This document shows positions 1 to 11,900 of a stretch of 64,000 nt of DNA, piece by piece. Source of the DNA: Lytechinus pictus (lineage: Eukaryota); NCBI RefSeq assembly GCF_037042905.1, contig NC_087251.1, positions 35,962,001 to 36,026,000 on the forward strand, in the 5' to 3' direction. The notes beneath the pieces were generated by a model. It did no database searches, was not told the DNA's origin, and saw nothing but the letters and a program-made list of their open reading frames with translations. Numbering within the stretch: the first letter of the stretch is position 1; every line of letters begins with the position of its first letter. Position numbers and translations under genes: made by a program.

Positions 1-1100
1 AGGATGTTGATTAATTTTAGGGTTGAAACTTACTATTTAGAAACAAGGACTTTATGCAAAATGTGGTTAACTCTATTTCTATTGTGTGTGATTATTTAAA
101 AAAAAGAGGAGAAATATCAGATGAGATATCCGCTTTTGCCAATTGAATGATTTTATTCAGCTCCGGTAATGATTTTCGCATCCTTGGTATCATGTGGCCT
201 GCTATAATTGAATAATCATGCAGAGGTCAGAATTGTTTTTTGTCCTTCATCATTTCTCCCCTCAAAAATAGCAAAGCCACATGCCAGTTGCCATGGCAGT
301 GGTTAGCTATTACCATAGCAACCAATACAGATTGAAGACAGGAATCGTTATCACATGATCTGTTATAGTAATTCATGTTATTTACAGTTTGGGAGCGGCT
401 GCTGCTTGCATTAAAGCCAACTATGGTTCAACCTAAAAACAGGACCATGCCATTTCAAAAGAACTCTTTGTTTTCATGCAAAGTCCTTTCTTTCCGAAGA
501 TCTTTATTTGTGATTTTATTTGAAGGACCTTCAATAAAGATTTAGGTTATTGATGGGTCCATGCATGGTTGATAAATAATTCTGAAAATAACTGTCAAGC
601 AGTGAAGATTGAAAATGTTGTTTCCTGTTTTTTGTAGAAAAACACCTTTTGACATGATTTAAAATCAAGTTAAGTAATATCATGAAATATTGAAGGTAAC
701 AAATAGCAGATAAGGATACAAGCTTGAAATAATAAGATTTTACCAGTTTCATATTATATAATTCTTTGTATCATATTGTTAAATTTATTTTTGATAACAT
801 TCATAGTTTTTTTTTCCTCTCTTCAATTCTTGAATTCGTTAATATGTTGTTTTTTTTGGTAACCTTTTATATATCCTCATGATAATTTACAACAATAATT
901 AGGGCTGGAAGTTTACATGGCCAATCAGCCATTATTATTATTATTTTTTTTTGGGGGGGGGTTCTTTTTTGTTTAGTATATACGTGTATGCATTTACTGA
1001 TATATTTGTTGTCCTTCATATTTATATGCCTGTAGATTAGATAGTAAAACAACAGCTTTTTATTTTGTATTTTTTCCTTGTTTCTTGATTTCCTCTACAG

Positions 1101-1178
1101 CTCACATAGCATTGGTAGAGAGACTTCTCAACAGCCAACTGACTCATAACCAGTCCCATCAAAATGGTCTCGATCTTG
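1101..1178 (+). CDS. FOXN2/3: FoxN2/3 internal coding exon (xHIALVERLLNSQLTHNQSHQNGLDL), phase 1-1
   Basis: Polypyrimidine+CAG acceptor at 1098-1100 and GTAAGC donor at 1179. 78 nt, open frame, joins the 4070 exon in phase (G|AA = Glu). Sequence similarity to the family is weak, so confidence is lower. Confidence 0.7.
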
Positions 1179-1369
1179 GTAAGCCCAAATCACATTATAG
1201 ATACCGGTATCAGATGGGTAATATAAAGCGATTTGTAAAGTTATGCACAACTTCGTGAACAACTTTACAAACAACTTTAACATGTCTTTAGGTGGTTGTT
1301 AGTCATTGGTCACCAGTCGGGCATAAAGTTATTCATATCTTATCGACAGCTTTATGAAACACCCACCAG

Positions 1370-1498
1370 GGGCCCGTAACACAAAGCTTAGCAATGATCG
1401 TAGAACATTTTTCTATGATCGATCGCATTGACTACAATGTACAATCAATCGTAAAAATAAAGCGTACGATTAATCGCAAACCTTTGTGTTACGGGACC
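1370..1498. mobile_element. Small PIF/Harbinger-like MITE (related copies at 7171-7290 and 49118-49246)
   Basis: TIR GGGCCCGTAACACAAAG / CTTTGTGTTACGGGACC with CAG on both flanks. The 49118 copy is also flanked by CAG...CAG (CWG 3-bp TSD). Confidence 0.75.
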
Positions 1499-4069
1499 CA
1501 GGTAATGGAGATATAAATGGAAATTTTTAACAATGTCATGCCCCATCATTAAATTGTTGATTATTCCTAATTAAGAGCAGAAACCAATGTTAGAATTTAC
1601 ACAGAGTTTTTTTTTAGGACGTAAATAGTATTAAACTAATGCTTAATACTATTAGTACTATCCAGATAATCAATATGTTCAATACCATTCAGATCATATG
1701 AAGATCATAATTTAGGCAGCGGTTAGATTTTGTGCAAATTTTTTTTTTTGCCTCTTAATGCCCCAATATATTCAGATCATTTTAAAAATCAAAATTTTTA
1801 TTGCTTCTATGAATGTTGGTACTTGACCACGTACTGTTTGGAGGCTATTTTATCACCATGGCAATTACCATTTATTACTGGAATCATATAGGGAAGTGAG
1901 CTTGTTGGGTAAACATGATGACATGTGGCATAGACTTGTTCTGCGTTGTTGGTGATTGATGACCGGGGCCCTAAGCTCTTCAGTTCATTTTTTTCCCAAA
2001 AAATAAAGTTTATTTTAAGAGAGTAGAGAGCTAACAATTACAACCTGTGTTGGCTATTTGATAACAGGATACAAAGCAAACAATACAAAATAAATATTGT
2101 TAAATGCATTTATCATGTTTTCAAGACAAAAGAACAAAAATTTTTATCATCAAGTCTCGTGGTAGCAGTTCACAAATTATGTGTGAATTTTCAGAATATG
2201 TACAAAGTCACATCAGTATCTTGCTTTAGACATCAAACTAAATATATAGTATTAAACAAAATATAATAAATATAAATCATATTTATGCCTTTTAATCCAG
2301 CCATATCTGTTACCATCTGATGCAATTGATTTGAAATTAGTCCTAATGTTATCTTTATTCTTCTCTTTTTTTTTTGTCTTTTTTTTTTTTGGGGGGGGGC
2401 AATGCTGCATTAGTAGCTTTTTATATATATTTGAGATCTGTGAATGCAAATTGTCGAATTTCTTGGTGTTTTCTTATTTCAAAGCTTAATGCCCTGCTCC
2501 GCGTGCTTGCTTGCTTGGTTGGTTGTCTGAGTGAGAGAATCTCAGATTCCCTCATGAGCTGCCTGGTCCGCATGAAAATCTGGCATGCGCGATTACCCCC
2601 AGAGGGCAGATGTCTCTATCTCGAGCTTGAAACGTGGCCCGCTACAGCCCCAGTTCCTTGATCGGTGAAAATTTTACCCAGTAATCACACCTTTATTTAA
2701 CCACATTAGTCTTTGGGATTGAGGTTTTATGCAAGCATCATATGAAAGGTTTCAATAACTTGTATCCCCGTTTTGAACATATTAATTCTTCATCTTATTT
2801 TCACTTTTGATATATTTCATTGTTGTAAAATGGTTTCCTCAAAGGATTTGCTTACGGAACTGACTTTGAAATATAAATATTGATACTAATAAATATTCAA
2901 AGGACTATACTGTGGAAGTTTTGATTATGTCAATTGTATTGGTATATGTCATTTAAATTTCAATCAAGAGGGGATCTACATCACACAAGCTAACCTTTTC
3001 AGTAGATCAATCCAGTTATTTTTCTCACGATTTTATTTTTGTGAATGTGGAATATAATTCCGAATCAAATCAAATCAAATCAATCAATGGGGTGCAAATG
3101 TAGTGATGAATTTTAGAGTCTGGACACTCAAACTACTGGCTTTTATCCTCCCATTCCCTAAAAATTGTGATTGGATTAATGTTTGCTCTGATGCACATAA
3201 TTGCAACCAAAGCTTCTGGTGTTAATCATTAAAGCCGCATGCGGGAGCTGGTTAATTTGCGCTGTTTGAGCAGATATTCACGGCACGTTGGCAAGTGTGT
3301 GCCGTCATTTACTGCGTATTGCCAAGTGCAAACGCTTGGCACCCCCGCGGAGTGCCCTCGTCCAATCTTTGCTTTGCGGTGGAAGTATTTCTGTTGATAC
3401 AGAAACACATCAAGATGTAGATGATGATAACTGGTTGATAATGGCTTATCTATTTGCTTCTTTGCTTTGCCAAGGAGCCTCCTCGTAGATTAGCATGTGG
3501 TTTCCTTTCTGTCATTCATATGGCAAAGTTTGTACAGCTAAAGAGTGTTTGATGACCCTGTGTGTAAACTTCACCTAGGCGTCTATTTAACATTGACCCT
3601 GTAACATTAAGCTTATTGATTGATCTTAGGGATTAGTTTTATGATTGATCATGTACAACAATTAGTGCTATCAGTGGTAGTAATGGGCTCCACAAGCAAT
3701 CGCTAAGTTTTAGGTTAGAGGCCCAGGAGTGTATGCAGTAATTCTGCATTGTATCGAAAAATTTCTTGCAAATCCCAACATATTTCCTAATTTTGCACAT
3801 GTCCTTACACATTCAATCATGATTCATATAGAGAGATGTAATTAGATACTAGTTTAGTCATCCAGGTTTATCATTAATTAGACAAATATCAGTCGCCTTT
3901 AATAAATTAGCTTCTATTTTGGATTGTGAAATGAAAAGTTACAAAAACACACAGATGAATAAAAATTCATTATTTGGTATTCTGTTTGTGAAATGTGTAG
4001 GCATATAGAGGCCAATTCTTACAGGTTCCATTTGTTTTATCCATGTTTTTTTCCCCTTTTTTTATGTAG

Positions 4070-4138
4070 AATCTGAGGTTGATGCTGCAGCTACCATGAT
4101 GATGTTCAGAACTCCTCCAGACAGGAGACTTGCTGAAC
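4070..4138 (+). CDS. FOXN2/3: FoxN2/3 coding exon (ESEVDAAATMMMFRTPPDRRLAE)
   Basis: TAG acceptor and GTAAGA donor. Peptide matches the DIDAASAMMLLNTPP-type motif C-terminal to the forkhead domain in vertebrate FOXN2/FOXN3. Confidence 0.88.
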
Positions 4139-5226
4139 GTAAGAAAACATTGCTATTATATTAATATTTTGTTCAAGATCATATCCATGCATCAAAATAA
4201 GTTGTAGGTGTGTACCAATGCAGATGAACCGATACTTTTTGCTTCAGAGAAGTAATCTTGACCAGATTTTTAGTATTTCCCAGGAAGAAATCTGCACCCA
4301 AACAATGTCCACACTAATCTTTTATTATAGGGTGGCCTTGATTGATATCTGGTTTGTTGTGAGCTATGATGATCCTACAGTCTCACCAGCAAAACACATA
4401 AAAATTGCCAAATTGGCAACCATTTAACCAAGGTGAATGAACTCTGGTAATTTTAAAATGAAATTCCATCAAATTCCAAATTAAGGAAATGGTAGATCAT
4501 TCAAATGATATTATTTGATATATACAACGGCTTTAGAAAATATAACTGTTAAATGTGTGAAGGACATTTCCATAATTGAATTTTTCTGGGACGAGGCTCT
4601 GTGGTTTTGTTGGGAAATTGTTGAAATACGCTGAAGGTAAGTAAGCCAGCGTGAAATGTATGGCAGTGAGAGATCCAGGATTGTGAAATATAGGGGATGC
4701 ACATTCTGAAATGGTATGGGGGGAGACAACAATTTCCTTAGATTTTGATATATTAACATATGCAAAAGATATGAAATAAAAAATCATGAAAATATGGGGG
4801 AATCACTTGTGCCCTGCCCACCTGAGTATGTTTTATTTATAGATGATTTTTTTTTTACATTGGATTTTATTTTTTATTTATGTGCAATGGATGATTTTCA
4901 AAATATGGGGAGGGCACCACCTTAGGATCTCTGCTTAGATCCACCAACGTATATGTTGGTGTTTTATTCATGGGGATCGGAATCCACTAGATTTGATACT
5001 AACTGTAACATCTACATATTTTCCCCAATCCGTTCATATCAGGTACAATGAAGGTAAGCTTTCACAAAGCATACCCCAATGACACTCCCATGTCAAAGGT
5101 TCAATTGCACTATTATTACAACAAAGGCAGGGTATCAGAATGGGATCATGAAGGATTTTCTTTTCAAAACTTAACTTTCAGGGAAAAACATTGTCAATTT
5201 TTCAAATTTCAGGGAGAATGTTATTC

Positions 5227-5400
5227 TTTGAAAGTATAATAAATGATACATGTTATGTGATTAAATGTGGCAATGTTGGATCCCCCTCCATGATTTGGTG
5301 TAGGCCTACCCCATACATTTGAAAGTATAATAAATGTTACATGTTATGTGATTAAATGTAGCAATGTTGGATCTCTCCCCACCACCCCACCATGATTCCA
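5227..5400. repeat. Local tandem duplication, ~90 bp x2
   Basis: TTTGAAAGTATAATAAATG.TACATGTTATGTGATTAAATGT.GCAATGTTGGATC occurs at ~5227 and ~5318. Confidence 0.85.
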
Positions 5401-7430
5401 ACAATTGGGTGTAGTAGATATATGTTTCTTCTCTGTAGTCATGTATAGAGTACCACGAGGAAGGTAATAACTCCCCCAAGGTTTATGAGGTGTGTTATGT
5501 GATCTGATAGTTTCAATCAAAATAGAGCGCTCAAGTATTCCCATGATCAATATAGGTTCCTCAGTTTACAATGGCAAATATAGCATAAAACAATGTCAAT
5601 TTGAGCACATGGAGAATATCTCCACCCTCTGATGTTCAAAGAATACCTGAATGACACGAACTGAAACTGAATCTAATTCTGACTGCTTCTGACTTTGTAT
5701 TTCAATAAATGACAAAATTTATGGTGGTGAAGAATAAACCGAGAATAGTTTCTAAACGAATAACTTTGCTAGTTTGGTTGGCAGGCCATGTTTATTATTA
5801 TTTTGTCCATGATGAGGCAGAATCAACAAAAGTCGGTAGTGTCAGACTTTTTGGCGCAACTTTTTACCCCAGCAGTTTCCATGGTTTTAGTTTCGAGCAT
5901 CCATTTTATGTCAATTCTTGTGATTGTATGCGCCATGATGGATTTCCTGAGAGTTGTCTCTAGAGAAACATTTCCCCATTCTGTCAACTCTAACGCATTT
6001 AATCATATTTTACTTCTAAAATGGATTATGATAAAATGATGAGACGGAAATTATCCAAGACGATTTTGACTGAGTATTATTCAATGTTCTCATTCATAAA
6101 TTGCTTCTAGTAATATTTGTTCTCTGCTGCTATCTGATGTGACTGTTATCAAATGTTTGCACATCATGGAGCTTAAACATCCAGTGATCAAAAATTCTAA
6201 TTCTCTTCAAACATTCCATATAAAGAAACAAATTTGCAAGAATCTTCATTGCCTATTATAGTATTACATCCCTTTTTTATTATTATTTAATGTGTTAGGG
6301 TTTTGTTGTTAAAGAGAGACATTTCATATTAAAATGGTAACTGTAACCAAAATGAAATACCAGTCAAGCCTTGGATGCAGGCTATTGCAACTAGATCCCC
6401 AGACAAGCTCTTGAAATGCAATATATGTTTGTGCATGGGACCAGCAGATATCCATCCTGCTTACATGTAATTAAATCTTATAGAGTGATAGGGGACAAAA
6501 ATATCATCAAACTGTGTTGCAGTGTAAGTGTAGGGGGTAATTAGTTCTGGCACAGAACTAGCTGATCTGAAAACCATATGTCTTGCTCTGCGAGCTGCAT
6601 ACAGAATTACACGTAACGCATGCGGTGAATTGTTCTCCCACAAGCTGGATAACTTATGCTGTAGTGCATCTATGGCTGTTGGACTGGCACTTTGTTCATT
6701 GCATGAACATGTATAATGATGATACACTAATTCAGTGTTATAGCGCCTATAATGAGATAATTTGGTCAAAGCAAATTAAGTGAAATCAAAATAACGGGTG
6801 TATGTTAATGTTAAAATGTATTTATAATAAAAAGAACTTCACTTTCAAATTTTGGAATATCTAATTTTATATGAAATTACTTTTCGCACAACCATTGAGT
6901 TGGATAATTAGTTGCGAAATATAGCATTGGACCTCTTTTGAAGAAAATTGTGCAAGATACAAGATGGTTACTTTGGTGTCTGGAAACATGAACTAATGAA
7001 TATGTTTCATGTATATTTCACTTTTAAGTCCCTATATTGCAAGAATCCATATTTCAAATTTGGTGACACCTTTAGAAATATTATTGGTGTATTGGTGTGC
7101 ATGATATCAAAAGCATACACATTCAACTTTAAATCTCCCACTAAATGTTAAGGTAGTGCTAATCCTGCTGGGTCCCGTAAAACAAAGGTTAGCGATTGAT
7201 CATACGCTTGATTTTTACAATTGGTTTGTACATTGTAGTCAATGGAATCAATCGTAGAAAAATGTTCAACGATCATTGCTAAGCTTTGTATAAAAAGTTA
7301 TTTAAATAAACCACACCTAGCAGCCCACAGGCTGAATTACCTGGAGGTAACATTGCAATGATTTAAACTAGTTAAATATAAGCTAAATACAAGTTAAATA
7401 ATATTTGATTTACATAACTTCCCCTTGCAG

Positions 7431-7599
7431 ATGACAGACTAAAGAGGGAGTCCTATCCAGGGGGAGGACCGATGGCAAATCAGAACCTCTTTATCATGGG
7501 CGGACTAGCTCCGATGCAAGCCAGACCAGAGCAGCCTCACTGGAGACCTACACTTAACGACCTCGCAGAGACGGCACTCAACGAGCTCGGAGACAATGG
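7431..7599 (+). CDS. FOXN2/3: FoxN2/3 coding exon (HDRLKRESYPGGGPMANQ...TLNDLAETALNELGDNG)
   Basis: TTGCAG acceptor and GTATGA donor. GC-rich open frame; phase 1 to 2 fits both neighbours. Confidence 0.82.
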
Positions 7600-8151
7600 G
7601 TATGAAACAATTCTTAAAGCAATGAAAACTGCTGTATGTGCTTTACGTATACAGCTCTTTAATACAGTCTGTTTTATATATTTGAAAAAAAATATTCCAT
7701 TGATGTACAAGACCAGAAATAGACTGGTAAACTGTTCCACACTTTGGTATCACAAAAATCAAAGCTAGCTTGTCCCCTTCTTTAAACAACAGCCTCAATT
7801 TCTGTTCATCATATTGAAAAGTGGTAAAGAAGTGAAAAGGAATTCTGTTGGAGTGAATAGAAAAAGCTTGTATTTCATTGACAGAAATTAAGTGCAAAGG
7901 GTTTAGCAAAAATTGGTTGATGTTAGTTATTGTTTTATTTGTTGTTTTGAAACATAAATGCAGTATTCTCATTTATCAAAAGGATATTAAACCATTCTAA
8001 AAAAATAAGTATATAACTTGAGAAAAAAAATTGGATGAAAATCAGTGTTATCAGTTGTAATTTATCATTATTTCATGAGACAAATTTGTTTGATATATAG
8101 ATGAAATTAACTAGAATTTGATAATATAAATCATTTGACTTTTGACCACAG

Positions 8152-8364
8152 AATGAGTAGAGCGGCAGTGACACCAGAGAACCGAGAGATGCTGAAGGCC
8201 AAGTGTACCCCTTCACCAGACGGTATGGACCACACCTACAGCCTGAGTTCGTCCATCAAGATACAGGCCGATCATGGCTACTCCTCGGATCCCGGTGATG
8301 TCGAGATGAGCGATTTCAGCGACGAGAGCTTTGAGGAAGAATCAGACATGGAGCAGGAATCGAG
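8152..8364 (+). CDS. FOXN2/3: FoxN2/3 coding exon (MSRAAVTPENR...DHTYS...DHGYSS...acidic tract)
   Basis: CACAG acceptor and GTAAAG donor. The DHxYS motif followed by an acidic stretch matches FOXN2/3 C-terminal regions. Confidence 0.88.
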
Positions 8365-8683
8365 GTAAAGTAATCTCCTGAGCACTTTTGATGATGATTC
8401 TGCCCGGGGTCACTTCCATTGAAGAGTGGACAGCATCCACAAGAAAAAAAATGTCTAAAAGGGGTATGGGGGGTAGGCAAGGGAACAGACTCTATTACAA
8501 ACAATGGTGTAATAAAATCCTTTGATTTTCAAAATGAATTATTGTGTATGGAAAACATTACTAATGCATATCCAATCTGACAATAAGTTAAATCTCCAGT
8601 TTGCAGGAGATCCATCTATTAAGCATTTTGGGGAGATAATGGATTTCATCATTTTAAAGCAATTGCTTTCATTCTCATTTCAG

Positions 8684-8957
8684 GAGGCTTGGCGATAGTG
8701 GTGTCCACTTCCATCTTGAGGAAGGCAAACGAGTTGACGAAAAAGGAGCCCCATTGCCACTCAAGAAGCGTCCTCCCCGGATGACAGAAGAGGACAAGAA
8801 ACTCGCGGATGCCCTCCTGATCCTGTCTGGTATCGGTGCAGAGCCGATGCCCGCCAAGGAAGCAGCTAGTCCCAGCGCAGAAGCAAGTCCAGGTCCAGAG
8901 GCTAGTCCAGGTCCAGATGCCATGGTGACGGAAGAAGTCCTGGAATCCTCAAGGTAG
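8684..8957 (+). CDS. FOXN2/3: FoxN2/3 terminal coding exon (RLGDSGVH...EEDKKLADALLILSGI...ESSR*)
   Basis: TTTCAG acceptor. LGDSG and EEDKKLADALLILSGI match the FOXN2/3 LGDSGY and EELKEAAGSLLHLAGI motifs. TAG stop at 8955-8957. Confidence 0.88.
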
Positions 8958-11900
8958 TGAAGCCTGAATTGCACTTTGATGCGATGTTATCAAGACAATC
9001 AAACGACTATGACAAAGATGAACAATAACATAGTGATTATGTTGAGTGGAGAATGTCGGGAGAAAAACTTTTTAAGCGATTGGTATTGGTAATTTCCAAG
9101 GCCAACATGATGACTCTTCTTAATTCTTTTGTGTATACATGGAGAGCTATCACCTGTTCAGCGAATGAAGAAGTTGCAGATCCGAGATGTTTGGAATATC
9201 TTCTAAGGATTTGTATTTTGTCTGTAGGTGTGTAGGAAACTCTTGTTGGAATGCTCCCCAGGGAGTGGAGGAAGTGCATACTTTGTGTGCAGGCAAGTCA
9301 GAATCTGATGATCGGGATAATAATAAATATGTAAAGCGCTTAAGAGACATTGTGTCAGTGTTAAAGTGCTATGTAAAAGCATAATATTTTTATTACAATG
9401 CTTGGTATTTAAGCGGTGGAGAGACATTCATAGGAAGGCGTGAACCGTTTTTTGTTGTTGTGGAAAAATTCATCAGTGGTGTGCGGCTTTCTGGCAAAAA
9501 AAAGATAAATACCATTGGAAGGAAGCAGATGGGTTTGATTTTCCTTGTACTTTGTTGTGATGAATTTTGAAAAAGATTGTTTTCGGTACAACTCAAGAAC
9601 AAAGAATAACACATCTCAAATGAGAAATTTTTACCTGAGACTGTAGAGCACGTTGAAAGAGCTTTTTATGTGCAATCAAGTTGTATAGTTTACTTTCATT
9701 TTTGTTTGCAAATGAAACCATTTTTTGTGCCCATTGCGTATAGAGGATGAAAAGGTGGGTTTCATGAGAAGCCTCTTGTCAGTGAATTTCACTAACAAAT
9801 TTGCTCTGAGCCAATGTAAAGCAAGTATTTCTGTAGCTTATAAACATTAGTTAAATTGACTATTTGTTTTATGAAATCCTCCAGAGACAAGATTGAGCTT
9901 GCTGTTATAATGACAAATTCTCTTTCTTAGATATTCCTAAAAGATAGGAAGAAAGTTGGAGAAAAAGAGGTATTTACAAATTCCCACTGAGGTAATTTTT
10001 TTTAAAGATGTAGTTGAAGAAGAATGCTATGCCATTTTGTTACACTTTGATTAGTTTAGCCCCTGCATAAAAATTTCAAGACAAATTATTACAAGAATGC
10101 TAATAGATAACTAGTTTATCAAGCAAATTCGTAATATACACTTTAAGTGAAAACTGAATTTACTTTTTTTTATTTGGTATTCCAACAAGGAAGAGAAACT
10201 TCAATAAAGGATTTTTGTCTCCCTCTTGACAACTTATAACAAACTGTTCATGGTTTAATAAGAGAAAACATACTTTCATTAAATTTGAAAGACATCAATC
10301 AGTTCCATTTTCTTAAGTTTAATATAAATCAACAGCTTAAGTTTCAGAAAGCTAATTGTTACATGGTATATGAAAGGTTGGATATATATTTTTTTTCTGC
10401 TGCAAAGTTCATGGTTTTGAGCAAGGTGTATATACATAGAAACATTTGCCGTAGAAAGGACTTCATATATAGACTGTAGATGTAGGTAGTTTAGTCATAT
10501 CTCAATAATAGTACATACATTGTTTTTATTTCTTATTTCTCACATAAGTTTGTTCGAAAAAGTTGTGAGCATTGGACAAGTGCTTCCATCTTGTAAATAC
10601 CAGCGTTTGCTTTGAAAGCATAGATGAGGGATTTGTGTGTAAATATGTTGTAAAAAATATACAATTATGTCGTTAAGTCTGAAAGATTTTAGTACTTTGT
10701 TGAAGGGGAAAAAGAAAGCTGTAGGAGGAGAAGGGTTAATGGTCATGCATTAGATGCTCTTGTTAGGTCAAAGGTCATATGTCAGATGCCGCAAATGCTG
10801 CACACTATTCGATGATAATAGATAAATGAAAGACTTAAATTTGCCAAGTTCTTGTTTCTACATACATTTAATTTCATATGAATTGATTAAGGTGATTAGG
10901 AGTGTTTTTTAAAATACTTAATAAGGCATTTGCTGTTAGGAATGTATTTTTCTTAAAACAATGTTAATTTAAACACATTTGAAAACAACTCAGCTGGATT
11001 GATTAATAACAGGTCTTTTAATGTTATGAGATACACTACTTTTTGAAAGTAACAAACAAATGGTAGTGCTGAAAATCATTGCCAATATTATCACTATTTT
11101 AATTAGATCAAAATGAAATTTTATCTCTTTTCAGGAGGTCTCAATTTCTGTTGAGTCTTGGTCCACAACGGTACAGAAACCAAAGAGAAATGTCATGCTA
11201 GTAATCTTATCAGAAATGATTTACTTGTGGAAATACAACTGATGTGATATGGTTATTATAGGTGATAATTGTCATCATGCCCCCAAAAGGGAACAAATAT
11301 GTTTTGTTGTAGTCATCAGTATCATTTTCAATGCAACATAAAATGCAGCTCGATGAAAAATATTTTAAGTGCAAATAGTGTGAACAAGTAGATATAAGTT
11401 TTCCAATTTTTTTGAACAATTGCTGAAATGTGGAGCTTTAGAACAACCAACACGTGCGGTGCTAGTCGTGAGATACTTCCCAATGTAGGATTAATGTAGT
11501 GTTTTTTGTTATTTCATTTTTTTTAAAGAGTAATACTTGATGGGAATGGTGCATTTCTTGGTTTTCCTAGATTAAAAATGGTGCTGGGTTTTGAATATCA
11601 AGCAGTTTAATAAACATCAGGTGAACATTTTAGTGCTGATTTGACATTTACAGTAAAACAAATTCTTTGCCGTTTAGTGGGTGATTTCTTTTTTTGTAAG
11701 ATTTTATTGCAGTTGTTATTGTAAGATAAGAGCATGGATGTCCTTATGAATAAAAAAAATTGCAAGATTTTTGTGACAGTACTAAAACTGGAAGGATGAT
11801 CAGCTTATGTAGTGGCTCACTATATGACATTAATCCAAAGTTTTGAATCCTTTTCATATTTTGTGACATTTTTTTCCCCAGGTCTTGTTTTGATAATCAT

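Noticed and set aside
5809..5950. Possible C/D-box snoRNA (ATGATGA ... CTGA) in a FoxN2/3 intron
   Set aside because: No terminal stem and no recognisable rRNA-antisense element; such boxes occur by chance.
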